Notes under the pieces: model-generated
The model's input: the letters and a program-made list of their open reading frames with translations, nothing else
What the model was told of the DNA's origin: nothing
Database searches by the model: none
Shown here: positions 14,306 through 28,400 of the stretch, piece after piece
Position numbering within the stretch: position 1 is the stretch's first letter
Layout: every line of letters begins with the position of its first letter
NCBI RefSeq assembly: GCF_009914755.1
Contig: NC_060927.1
DNA: 64,000 nt
Direction: 5' to 3' (one strand)
Source of the DNA: the human T2T-CHM13v2.0 reference genome, Homo sapiens
Translations under genes and position numbers: made by a program

Positions 14306-15787
14306 TCGTATACCTTTTGATCTCAGTTTTCTGATGGGCCCAAGAAAAGTTAACGTTTTGTAGATTATATGGCTTTTCTTTTTTAGGAAAAGAGCAATGT
14401 TTTGCATCTTTCAACATCTTTAAAGAAAAGTAATCTTGAAGTGAATGCCAGTACTTTGGCAGGTGCTTAGTAAACTTCTGAAACCATGTTTTCACTGTTT
14501 CTCTAGCCCACCCTCCCTCCCCAACTCCTCCCCTAAAGCTTTTGCTCCCCTTCATTTTTAAAGTCTTGCCAGAAGAAAGACTGCCCAGATGGTGAGTGGA
14601 AAATGTAGAGGAAGGCTCTGTGCCTTATATAGCCCGAACTATAAACTTGTAAAGACACTGAGTTTTACTTACTTAAATCTATTTTATTTAAAATGTAAAT
14701 ATAAAATATTTTATTTCTATTTTGGACAATATAGTAGGTAGCTAGCAGATCAGTAAAATTACAAATAGAGCAAGTGCAAAAGAAGAACAGGTGGAAGACA
14801 ACAGGAAATGTAGGTGCTGACTCAGCCTCACTTATATGATGTAGAAGAATTTGGGAAATGAAGCCATTAGGTTAGGCAACTCTCTCTCTCTCTGTCGTCA
14901 CGTTCACATGTGTTAGAGAAAGGAGTGGTTTGGTAAAATATGTCTTCAACCACAAAATTTGACAGTTTTGGAGAATAAGATATCTGATATTCAACTCCAC
15001 AAATGTGGTGATAAACATAAGTGATATTTAGCCCTCTTAATAACATGAAAAACACTCACACACATGGAGCTGGATTTTCTCCTGGAAAAGATAGGTTTTA
15101 AGTTTTACATGAATTTGTTAACTCTCTGCTACTAGACATGGAGGGCACTTGGTTTCCCAGACAAGGTGTTGGGAATGAGAATCCTACGTCTGCCAAACCT
15201 ATTTGAACTTGTTGCCTTGTTGTGAATCTCTACTAGATCGTTTGGCATCTCATGCACAATTTTTTAATCTTATAAATGAGAGATTCATGTAAATGTTTAA
15301 CTCAGTCTGAAAGAAGAAATCTTGAAAGGGCAGCCAGGGAGAGTGAGAGCAGTGTCAAAGAGGCAAAAAGAGGTCAGACTTATTTCCTTATCTAAAAGGA
15401 TTTTATATATCACAACTTCAGGTCTCTTTTCACCCTGCCTGGGGAAGCTCTTCAGCTCGTCTTTAGGAAGCCATGCTCTATCATTGCCCCATTAGGTGGA
15501 CTTTCTTCTTACAACAGCTGCCATGTGAAATACTGGGCTTGGGTTATTATCACAATTTCTGTGTTTCACATACATTCTGCCTGTGTCACAGCAAATCGAT
15601 TTCTCTAAAGGGATCATCAATCCAAGACTATGGGAACAAGCAAATTCTCCTTGGCAAGTCATTTCTAATTATCAAAATGTTCCAGATAAGTGATTACTTC
15701 TCTAGGAATGTTCTAAATGTGAGCTCATATGAAGAGGTTTGTGTCTGTAGAATGGAAGGGATTTTTATTGACCATCTAGTCTGCCTA

Positions 15788-15833
15788 CTGACTAAAGATC
15801 TTTTTTTTTTTAATTTTCTGACTAAAGATCTTT
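15788..15833 (-). repeat. 16-bp perfect direct repeat around a 14-nt T-rich spacer (probable poly(A)-only retroinsertion)
   Basis: CTGACTAAAGATCTTT at 15788-15803 and 15818-15833; spacer TTTTTTTTAATTTT. Confidence 0.7.
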
Positions 15834-17464
15834 AGGAACGATCATGCAAACTCCACTTTGATATCTACTGTTGTGAACTGACCTAAAAAAATTAGATGTA
15901 AAAATATTAGCCTCCTTTGAGTAGAGATTAATAGCCTATAGTTTTTATCTGCTCTTATACCATCTTTCTAAGTAATTGAAAATAAAATTCTTCTTCAAAT
16001 ATAGACATTTAATAGCAAGTATACACAACATAAGCTCTACGAATTCTTGGCTTTATCTTTTTGTGTGTGTGTGTGCTAAGACTGTACTAAGGATGGTAGA
16101 TTCCCCTGAAGGCAAACGCAGCAAATGCAATATGATTCCAACAGTAGGACTCGGCTGATGTTCTAGTTAGACTTGGGTGGCCAAAAATCCCCCAATCCAA
16201 TGTCTGGACAGAGGTCTCTATAGAAATCAAGTCTCGGGTGCAATTCTTACAGCTAAATTTTGAAAGGCTAGTTAGATTCTTAAACTATAGTCTTCCAACA
16301 GACTAAATGCCTCTAACAGTTTTTGCGTCTATTTGAAAAAATCACTAATCCCTAATTTCAACAACAGAAATCTATTTCTAATATTATTTTGTTAACCTAG
16401 AAAGGCTATGGTGTTGACTGGCCAGTAAAGATGCTTAAAGCTCTTGTAGTAGCCACCTTTATCATGTGTCACTTTAATTATGCCTTGATTTATGCTCATT
16501 TCAAATTATTCATCTCTCTGTTTCAGCAGGCGTCTGTCTTTGAAAATAGTGAGGGTAATGCTGGTGGATAAAGGGAAGGCTTGCAGGTAACAGTTAGTCT
16601 GGGCAAAGGTAGTTTGAGGTCAGCTCTTTAGAGTGGGGATTTCACTGGATCCTCTGAGGAACCTGAACTTTTCATATTTCTCTAATAAATGAGGAAGTTT
16701 AGGGACATTATTACCTTTGAACAATCTACATAAGTCATAAATACATCTTCTCCCTTGATGTAAGGGAATACTAAAAGCAAAAAATACTAATAGTTTTCCA
16801 GCCTAAAATCCCATTTGGAGAAGGATGAGCATAAAATATTGATCTGTATCTTCTACAGTCCAACCTCTTTGAATTCATCTCATAAAAGCAGACCTGGAAC
16901 TATTTTTGGTGCATTAGTTTTATGAAAGAGACCATACAAACTCCTATTAGAGACTTGGTCAAAAGAGTCAGTTTAAGTTTTTTTCTGGTCTCCATAAAAA
17001 TTCAAATTAATTTCCTGTATAATCTACATCAATGGGGATACACAGAAGTTAAAAAAAAACTCTCAAAGAAAGATTTAATTGTATTCATCACAGTAAACTT
17101 ACATAAACCAGGATGTGGTTCAATTTATTTTGAAAGGATTTTCAGCATTAAAGGTTAAAACAAAAAGAAGTCTCTAGTTAACCTTCAATTAACCATAGCT
17201 GCCTGGCACTTTCTATTAATCAAGATTTTACTCCTTCTCGCATTATTTTTATGACATCCAATTTTATTTGGTTTCTTCAATATATTTCTCAGAAGTGAAA
17301 TAGCTCTATTTTATGGATGAAAATCGAATCAAAATGTAGAAGGCTTACTGTGACCTTCATAAAGTCATCTCCCTGAGGTTCTTTTCTTATTTTTAAAATG
17401 ACAATAACGAGGTCTACTCCAGTGTGCTGTGTAAGAATGGAATGAAATCTTGCAGAGAGGCAAG

Positions 17465-17655
17465 GTAGCATTGGAAAGACTAAAGGTTTAGGAGTCAGGT
17501 AGATGTAGTTTTCACCACATATGAGCTACGTGACATTGGGCAAGGAATTGACATTTATAAGCCTCAGTTTCCTTATGAATAAAATAAAAACATAAATCCT
17601 CATTGGGACATTGCCATGTTAGATGAGGTAATATTTGCAAAGGTCTTGGCATATA
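17465..17655 (+). mobile_element. MIR
   Basis: ggagtcagg...agctacgtgacattgggcaag...aagcctcagtttcctta, the MIR core. Confidence 0.75.
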
Positions 17656-17992
17656 AAAGGCAAAATAAGGTAGCTTTTTTTTTTTCATTTGAGAGAAGAC
17701 CCTGAATATGACTACAAAAAAGTATGAGAACCAGTGTTAGAACTTGCGTGTTTTATTATCATCTTGTGTCTCTCTGGAAATGTTTCTTTCTCTGTAGTCA
17801 ATATCCATATCATGAACATGCACTGTGTAACTAGTTTCCGTCTTGAAAAATTCTTAGTCTATTTTTGTTTTCTTTTAAGTCCTGATTAAGGATAAGGTTA
17901 GGCTTCTGTGAGTTCTTGTCTCACAATTTTGTTCCTTTCAAAGCAGCAAAAGAATTTAGGTGTTGGGAGGAAAAGTCATAGTTGTATCTTAA

Positions 17993-18125
17993 AGCAGTGG
18001 TTCTTAAGCCACTTTGAATCGGATTTACCTGGAAGGCTCTTAAATAATCCCAGATTTAAGGTCCCCATTCCTGATTCAGTAAATCTGAAGTACATCACTA
18101 AAATTTGTATTTGCCTAAGTGATTT
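17993..18125. mobile_element. MER5A-like hAT MITE, interrupted by L1MB and U6
   Basis: cagtggttcttaa...acctggaaggct...ctgattcagtaaatctg...aaatttgtattt. A possible terminal remnant ttgaaatcactg lies near 18701-18712. Confidence 0.6.
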
Positions 18126-18560
18126 AAAAAATTCTCTGTAATCATGGTAAAATATACATAGCATAAAATTTGCCATCTTAACCATTTTTAAGTGTGCAGT
18201 CAATGGTGTTAAGTAAATTTTCATTGCTGTGCAACCACTACTATCCATTTCCAGAACACTTACCTTGCAAAACGGAAACTCTATTTACATTGAACAATAA
18301 CTCTCCATTTACCTCTCTCCCCAGCCGCTGACAACCACTATTCTATTTTCCATTTCTATGAATTTAGCTATTCTAGGTTCCTCATATAAGTGGAAGCGTA
18401 CATTATTTGTCTTTTTGTGACCGGCTTATTTCACTGAACGTCATGAAATCAAGGTTCATCCATGTTGTAGCATGTGTCAGAATTTCCTTTCTTTTTAATG
18501 CTGAGTGATATTTCATTGTATATATGGATCACATGTACTTTATCCATTTATCTGATGATT
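18126..18560 (-). mobile_element. L1MB-type 3' end, 5'-truncated
   Basis: aaatatacatagcataaaatttgccatcttaaccatttttaagtgtgcag...aaggttcatccatgttgtagcatgtgtcagaatttcc is an antisense L1MB 3'UTR. Confidence 0.85.
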
Positions 18561-18581
18561 ACTCTTCCCCAAGTCATTTTT

Positions 18582-18688
18582 AAAATATGAAATACTTCAC
18601 AAATTGGCATATCATTTTTGCACAGGTGCCATGCTAATTTTCTTTGTATCATTCCAATTTGAGTACACATACTGCCAAAGCCAAGGAC
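18582..18688 (-). pseudogene. RNU6: U6 snRNA processed pseudogene, essentially full length
   Basis: The reverse complement aligns end to end with U6 (GTGCTCGCTTCGGCAGCAC...GCGTTCCATATTTT), with CpG decay and the ACAGAGA box mutated to ACAAAGA. Flanked by a 15-bp TSD ccccaagtcattttt / ccccaaattattttt. Confidence 0.93.
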
Positions 18689-18711
18689 CCCAAATTATTT
18701 TTGAAATCACT

Positions 18712-18950
18712 GATAAGGCAATTTTTTCAGATGCACATTGGTGGGACATTAAATCAATCTAATTTGGTGACCAATATTTTTTAAAAACATAGAATAGAAG
18801 AAAATAAAATAGGTAAAAATTGTAATAATAGGGAAATATATTATTTTAAGTATTTTATTTCTGTATGTGTGTTATTGTGGGAGAGAGGGGTTATGTGAAC
18901 TAAATCAGGACATACTAGCTGTTCTCAGTTTAAAAAGAATAAAGGCCACC
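18712..18950. mobile_element. Possible old hAT-Charlie-type MITE
   Basis: gggacattaaatcaatctaatttggtgaccaatatttttaaaaacatagaatagaa resembles a Charlie-family internal motif from memory. Confidence 0.35.
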
Positions 18951-19729
18951 TGTCCAGAGACCTAGAATATAGAATCTAGTTGGATGATATGTAAATTAAC
19001 ATAGTGTTCTCAGCTCAAAATGTGTAGAGGTACTATAGTCCTGATTTTACTTTTAAGATACTTAAAATTTAAGATTGAGAACAGCCTTCTATAGACTGAT
19101 GTGGACTCCATGCTTCATCATAGAAGTCTGAGTATTGCTTATTAATGAATCATTTTCATAACATTGTATTAGGAGTTACATATAAATTTGGCATCACTTT
19201 GATACACTAAGCTTTTATAGACTCCAGAAGTAGATAAAGAATTTCTAACAGCAGTAATGGAGAGGTGTGAATGCCACCAGCAATTCAAGATTCTGTTCCA
19301 ACTCAGGAAACATACTACCCCAATCAAAATTAATTTCCTCCCCCTTTGGCATTTTTCTCAACCATATGTAGTTTTAAAATTATTGTGGTGACTTCTATCG
19401 CTCTTTTGAAAATATACAGGATGTATTTATCGAAGATAAATATAATTTTACTTAGTATGTTTTCTGAAATGATAGCACACAATATATATCAGAAAATAAG
19501 GCAATTATATGATAACTGTTTGTGAACTGTATTTGATTCTGCCAGATTTTATGAAAGATATATGTTTAACATATGTAAATGTTTATATTAGATCATATGG
19601 AATATAATTTTCGTATGCCTTTTAAAGAATTATGGAATTCATGTTCTTCCTCAGGAGAGTGATTTCCAAAGTGTCTTAGATTTTTGCGTATGACTCCACT
19701 TCAAATCCTCTGTGATTTGCATCATGCTG

Positions 19730-20265
19730 TACCATTTGACCCAGCAATCCCATTACTGGGTATATATATAAATCATTCCATTATAAAGATACATGCAGAC
19801 ATAAGTTCACTGAAGCACTATTCATAATAGCAAAGACATGCAATCGACCCAAATGCCCATCAATGATAGACTGGATAAAGAAAGTGTGGTACATACACAC
19901 CATGGAATATTATGCAGCCATAAAAGGGAACGAGATCATGTCCTTTGCAGGGACATGTATAGAGCTGGAAGCCATTATCCTTAGCAAACTAACCCAGGAA
20001 CAGAAAACTAAACACCCTATGTTCTTAATTATAAGTAGGAGCTAAATAATGAAAACACATGGACACAGAGAGCGGAACAACATACACTGAGGCCTGTCGG
20101 AGGGGCCGGGGAAGGGAGAGCTTCAGGATAAATAGTTGATGCATGCGGGGCTTAATACCTAGATGATGGGTTGATAGGTGCAGCAAACCACCATGGCACA
20201 CGTTACCTATGTAACAAACCTGCATGTCCTGCACATGTATTCCAGAACTTAAAATTAACTTTTTT
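19730..20265 (+). mobile_element. L1PA (about PA8-PA13) 3' end, 5'-truncated
   Basis: ORF2 C-terminal peptide IDWIKKVWYIHTMEYYAAIKGNEIMSFAGT followed by the 3'UTR ending ...ccagaacttaaaatt. Confidence 0.92.
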
Positions 20266-20335
20266 TAAAGTGCATAATCTTCCCAAATAACTGAAGTTAT
20301 TTGTCTTCTGTTAATTCACAGAGAAAATAGTGGCA

Positions 20336-20401
20336 TAGATGGATGCATAGATAGACGAATAGATGGATAGATAAATATATAGATAGATAGAAGATAGATA
20401 G
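20336..20401 (+). repeat. Degenerate (GATA)n microsatellite
   Basis: tagatggatgcatagatagacgaatagatggatagata...tagatagatagaagatagata. Confidence 0.8.
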
Positions 20402-20529
20402 TTAATACATATAAAATAATATCATCTAAATACAGAATTAAGACTTCAAAAATTACAGTAAATGGAGACACAATTAGACTTTAAATACATAATGAGAGTT
20501 ATGTTCAGAACTATAACCCTTAGCAGTCT

Positions 20530-20720
20530 GTAAGAACATTTTACATTGTGGATCTTTATTGGTTCCCACAATTATGTGAAAAAAGGCCAAACTATATACA
20601 TTTTACAGAAGAGAAAACAGGTACCAACATTAACAACCTTGCTGAGTTGCAGGCCATGGTTACGTCAGAGTCAGGAATTGATTTCTGCAGAATTGCTCCA
20701 AGTCCAGATGTTATCCTGCT
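20530..20720 (-). mobile_element. MIR
   Basis: cattttacagaagagaaaacagg...aaccttgctgag...cagagtcaggaattga. Confidence 0.55.
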
Positions 20721-20923
20721 AGACTGTGTTTCACGAGACAAGTAGAATTCTTCCCTATGGTTTAGTTTTCCTTAAAGTCCTTTCAATTTCAGAATGAGAC
20801 ACTCTTGAGCAAATCATGAAGAATTTAAGAAAGTAAGAAATTATTGATAATAATTACAAATTTATTTAAAAATGCAGAGTAATAATAATTTTATTCTCTC
20901 CCTATTTTCAAACCTACCCTCAG

Positions 20924-21078
20924 CAGAGATTTCAAACTTGGATGATGCTCAGAATCAGCTTCAGGGCTTTTGGAAGATAGTGATTTCTACACCCCAGACT
21001 TACATATTGCCCAGGAATCTCTGTTTTTGTAAAGGTCCATAGCTGATTCTGATGCTGAGCTAGGTTTGAGAACTGCTG
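20924..21078. mobile_element. MER5A/B-like hAT MITE
   Basis: cagagatttcaaactt...tcagaatca...caggaatctctgtttt...ctgattctgatgc...tttgagaactgctg, with degenerate TIRs. Confidence 0.7.
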
Positions 21079-21399
21079 CTTTAGAAAAATATGTTAGAGT
21101 AATTTTGGTGGAAAACCTATTAGAAAAATCAAATAGAAGACAGTACATAATGTATTTACATACCATAGTCCACAGTTCTGAAGAAAGTGCAGATTTTGTG
21201 TAGCCAGAGTTTATATCAATCAGGGAAACTTCTTTTTTTAAGAAAAAGAAAACATAATTATCAAGATGAAATTAGTTTTAAAGAAAGAATATTTACTAAG
21301 AGTGAGAAAAGTAATCACAACAAATTATACATTTTAAAGAAGCTTAAACCTACCACAAACATTATTAATTGCCTAACGCAACACTGTGCTTCACAATAT

Positions 21400-21569
21400 C
21401 CTAGAAATTGCTCCACATTATTCAACAAACAACTTCCTTATTCTGTTAAAGGAAATAATGTGCACTGTGTAGATCTACCATAGTTTATTCAATCACTCTC
21501 TTATAAATGGGCATTTACATTGTTTCTAAGATGTTGCGATGACAATGAATGATTTTTTTTGTGTGTGTT

Positions 21570-21604
<35 letters not shown>

Positions 21605-21945
21605 CTTCATAGTATTGGATGTGCAACTTCAGAAAAAAATCCTAAAATTGGGATCATTGGGTCGTAATGTAAACATATATGTAATCATTTGGATATTACC
21701 AAATTTTATCCCCTAAGGTTTGCACCAATTTTCTTTCCCACCAGCAATATATGAGGGTGCTTGTGTTTCCACAGCCTAGTAAGAGTACTGTTATTTTTTT
21801 TAATTTTTACTGATCTGGTAGGTGAGAGTCGGCATCTTAGTTTTGTTTTAATTTGCATTTCCCTTTTCTCATATCCTGAATGAGGTTGAACATCTATTCA
21901 TATGCTTAAAGGTTATTTTTATATCTGTCTTGTGAATTGATATCT
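21400..21945 (-). mobile_element. Old L1M (MC/ME-like) ORF2 3' fragment containing (TG)n at 21560-21602
   Basis: tttcccaccagcaatatatgagggtg...ttttaatttgcatttccc...tgaggttgaacatct are antisense L1 motifs. Confidence 0.7.
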
Positions 21946-22189
21946 TTTAAAATAAAGAAATATTTCAGGGTTTTCCTCCCAGGTGTGATAAATATACTGC
22001 AAAATTCTATATGCTGATTTCTACCTCCATAAAATATATTTCACAGTTATTGTAAAGACAGCAATTATATAATTGAACTGTGAATAATGGCTTGTTGTTT
22101 GTTATTGAATGATACATCTTAAAGGTATATATCTTAACTTCCACAATTCATAGCGAGCCCCAGAGGAGGAAAATAAATGAGCCAATTCC

Positions 22190-23420
22190 ATCAATAGGCA
22201 TTGGCAATTGTAGTGACATTTATTACCATATTTCTTACATTGCTGTATGTGTTTGGCCATTCTAGTATCACTGTTTGAAATAATTTTTACAAAATCTAGA
22301 AATGTTCCACTATTTCATATCATTTTGTGCTAAAAGGGCCACAAAAATATGCCTCAAAACATCATTTCAGTGTTCTATATCAGCATTTACTTGTTTTTAT
22401 TTAAAACTATTGTTTGCTATTTATTCAATTATTTCCATTCTAGTAGTTGCACAAATGCTTATGTGCAAATGATGCAAATGACGTTTCATGTTTTTGTGGT
22501 GTGTGTGTGAGTGTGTGTGTTTGTATTATCAACAACCTAAATGTTTTCTGTCACAAATATTACATTGTTCCAAACCGATCTGAGAAGATTTGTTGAGAAG
22601 CAGGTAAGAATAATAGTAAAATATTTTGTCTGTGGAATTAGAATAGAAAGGGCAATTTTATTTTATTTTAAACTTTTATTTTAAGTTCAGGGGTACAAGT
22701 GCAGGTTTGTTACATAGGTAGCTTGTGTCATGGGGGTTTGTTGTACAGATTATTTCATCACCCAGGTATTAAGCCTAGTACCCATTAGTTATTTTTCCTC
22801 ATCCTCTCCCTCCTCCCACCCTTCACCCTTCAAAAGGCCCCAGTGTGTGTTGTTCCCCTGTATATATGTTCTCATCATGTAGCTCCCACTTCCAATTGAG
22901 AATATGCAGTATTTGCTTTTCTGTTTCCGTGTTAGTTTGCTAAGGATAATAACCTCTAGCTCCATCCACGTACAGAAATACCGTTTGACCCAGCAATCCC
23001 ATTACTGGTTACATACCCAAAGGAATATGAATAATTCTATTATAAAAACACATGTATGCATATGTTTGTTGCAGCACTATTCACAATAGCAAAGACATGG
23101 AATCAAGCTAAATGCCCATCAACGATAGACTGGATAAAGAGAATGTGGCACATATACACCATGGAATACTCTGCTTCCATGGTATTAGTATGCAGCCAAA
23201 AGAATGAGTATCTTGTTCTTATTCAAAAAAAAGAATGAGAAAGGGCATTTTCATAGTTTCTTTTTCCATTTGAAGAAACTGTAGTGTCAAACAAAATTTT
23301 CTGCAATGTTCATCCAATAGAAAATCAAAATAAATGATTTGAATCATATTGTGTTTTTCTAGAAAATGTTCATATCGTCAGAATGATGCAATGGCAATTT
23401 TCTAGGATAATATTCTAAAA
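22190..23420 (-). mobile_element. Ancient hAT (Tip100-group, Arthur/Zaphod-like) transposase relic, split by an L1PA; may extend to about 24340
   Basis: Minus-strand hand translation gives, in the expected order, DEHCRKF, FYSNSTDKIFYYY, KHETS, MMF*G and NSGTFLDFVKIISNSDTRMAKHI. These match TTF zinc finger and DUF4371 motifs (WLxYSxSxDxVFC, HExSxxH, LAFRG, NxGNFLELVKLLA). Confidence 0.72.
22655..23240 (-). mobile_element. 5'-inverted (twin-primed) L1PA13-like element
   Basis: Antisense 3'UTR 22655-22971 is joined to sense-strand ORF2 3' sequence 22972-23240. TSD AGAAAGGGCA(A)TTTT at 22645 and 23238. Confidence 0.9.
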
Positions 23421-24558
23421 AACATAGTAAGTCTCCCAAGTTTCTTTAAAATAAAATTTTCTGATTTCATGAATGCAGTTTGTCCTAATGGGCAGGCCGT
23501 AGTTGTATTTGTTGCTTCTGAGTTGGGAAATTGATATGAATAATGTTTTTTTTTTATTCCCACTGTTTTGCTCAGCAATCAAAATCTTCGCGTAGTACAG
23601 AAATTACATGATCAATTCAAGTTTTGTATTTGATGAAAATAATATTCTTTCTCACTGTCATTACTTTGATCCTTATTTTTTATTAAAAATTATTTTGTAA
23701 TATTTTGCTTTAAAAATGTCATATAATTTATGTTCAGCAGAAGCCTCTTTTGTTTTCAGTTTTTAAACAGTTAAGCAGATAACTTCTTTGGGGTTTTAAA
23801 TATTTTCTTTTTCAGTTTTTTTCCTTTTCTCAGCTCAAAGGTATTTTCTATTCCAATTATGATTTGATGTTTTAATTCACATTGATCTCAAAGATTAGAA
23901 AATAGTAATAAGGTTTCATTCAACGTTCACAGAATGTGAATATATATTCTTCAAAATGCAAATTAAAGCAAATGCAAGAAGTTGAAAATGTGAAAGAGTT
24001 TTATGTTATCAAAATTGTTCTTTCAAAAATATTTCAAATTTCCATTAAAGTAAAATAAAATTCATATTTAATATAGGTTAGAATTTGAAGTCAAAATGAT
24101 TAACACCTGAATTTTAAAATTTAACCTTATAAAACATTTTTATAAAATAAAACTATTTGCAATTCTATTTGCCAATATAAAGAATTAGTAACCTGTTTTT
24201 ATATACATACATATTCACAAATTTATAAAAATATAAATTGTTTAATATTGTACAATATTTCAACATTTCTCAGACACTATATGCACCTGTTGCAAATACC
24301 ATGATAATTTGATGGCAATTCCAGAAACGTGATTTAGAACACCATGAAAGACTGATAAATGGTCACTTGGCATTACTTGGAAACTGTTTCACATTCTACC
24401 AGAATCTATTTTATTCACATTATCTGAGGGGAAGAATGAGTTTTTATTGTCTTTTACCTGAGTGCTGCCACCACTTAACTCTTTCTGGTATTCCTTAGCA
24501 GGGTCTGTTCCCTACCTCTGCCTCACAGCAAACATTCATGGAATTTAAGCCCAGTTGC

Positions 24559-26760
<2,202 letters not shown>

Positions 26761-28202
26761 TTACAGGAGCAGATCTTCAGTCTTAGTATTACAGGTTAGT
26801 ACATTTCTGTTGTATGTTGCAGTGCTTCCTAAAGTGTGGGGCTTTGAGAATGGCCCCTCTCACCTGGATCAAAGCCTTATCTTGAAGTATAAAGGGAAAA
26901 GAATATTAACAGCATTATTTTGACTCCACATACTTTGTTAATACCATATGTTTACCACAGTGAGTCTTGAATAATTGTTCTTCCCATTTTACCCAAGCCC
27001 CCTTTAATGTAACAGCAGGATTAGTCCCATCTGGCCATCTTCATTCACTAGATTATATTCCTGTAGCAAATGTGAATATATTTGCTTTGAAAATTGGGAG
27101 AAAGAAATCATATTCTATAATCAACGTTTCTTTTTTTCTGACAATTAACACAGTAGTTTGGAAACGAATATTTTATGGTATATTTTATTAGCTAATCTGA
27201 GCTACTTTCATGTCCTTGATCTAAAGGCAACTTATTTTTCTTAGGAATAAAAACAAAGAATGTATTGATATTTTCTCTCTTTCAAAATTCCCTGAGCCTT
27301 TATATAAAAGCTGAACCATTTTATTCTTCTAAAGAACTCTGAAAAGAGAAAAATTAAAAAATTAAAATGCCTTTTTCACTTGAGATATATTCAGATCAAC
27401 AACCTGAAAGGCAAGATTAAAGGCAGTTCATTATTTCTTAGGGCCTTTATACAGTGCGGTCATTGATTTGGGTTCAAACACCTGGCTGGGACTTATATCT
27501 TTCAAATCTTTCTCTTCTATCTAGAACTTCTAATTAAACAGTTTCCACTTTTGGTGATATTTATAAATTACTCACTGCTTAAAAGGATTGACTGATGTTG
27601 GTTGGGAATCAAATCTCCAAGAGATCTGCCATTTCTACCTTTTTACACACTGCAGACTCACTGGGTGGCTCAGCCACTGATACATATAATTATTTTAAGT
27701 TTATGATATTATTCTTAATTTGAAAAAGTTAAGAATTACTCAGAATCCAATGTGCAGAATCAGTATTCATGTGCCCAGACTCCTGCTGGATTGAGAGCTG
27801 GGGGTTGAGACACAAATGGAACCTGGAGTTAATATTACTGTCACGGTAGTAGAACAAGCAGAGCTAGTCCTCTCAACTGAAGCAGAGAGGCAGGTAATAA
27901 CTATTGGTTCTGCTGCTCCAGAGGCCAGCAGACTGATCCTAACATGGAATGAATCTTTGTGGGATCCCCTGTGGTCCCTGAAGTTCAGGGGAAGTTTCCT
28001 TATTCTAAAAGACTGCAGAAATTATTTCATGGTACTGTGCCTGTCATTGACTTGAGCTGTCACAAAGCTAAGAGTCTATGACCAATTGCCGCTATAGCAA
28101 TTGTCTGCAGCAACCCCTCTGAATTCCCTCCAAAAGTTAATTGCCCACAATGCAAGCCAAAGAAGAATGAATGAGGCAACCAATGTACCTGAGGTATACT
28201 TT

Positions 28203-28400
28203 AGGTGGCAGCATGAAGAAATTAAAAGGGCAGTGAATTTAGATTTGGAAGACTTTATTTCAATTCCTGTCTCTGCACTTAGCTATATGATCTGAGTAAG
28301 TCGCTTGACCATTATGAGTCTCAGTTTTCCTCATCTATAAGATGGGAACAAGAATAGCTATTGACCTACCTATAATGAAATTAAGAATGCTTTATAGTTC
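28203..28400 (+). mobile_element. MIR
   Basis: cttagctatatgatctgagtaagtcgcttgaccattatgagtctcagttttcctcatctataagatggg. Confidence 0.75.

Noticed and set aside
18582-18688. Functional U6 snRNA gene
   Set aside because: The ACAGAGA box is mutated, there are many substitutions, it is flanked by a TSD, and no PSE/TATA promoter is recognisable.
19730-22990. Two L1PA pieces starting at nearly the same consensus position (CCATTTGACCCAGCAATCCC)
   Set aside because: Their 3'UTRs differ in subfamily and they have separate flanks, so this is most likely coincidence.
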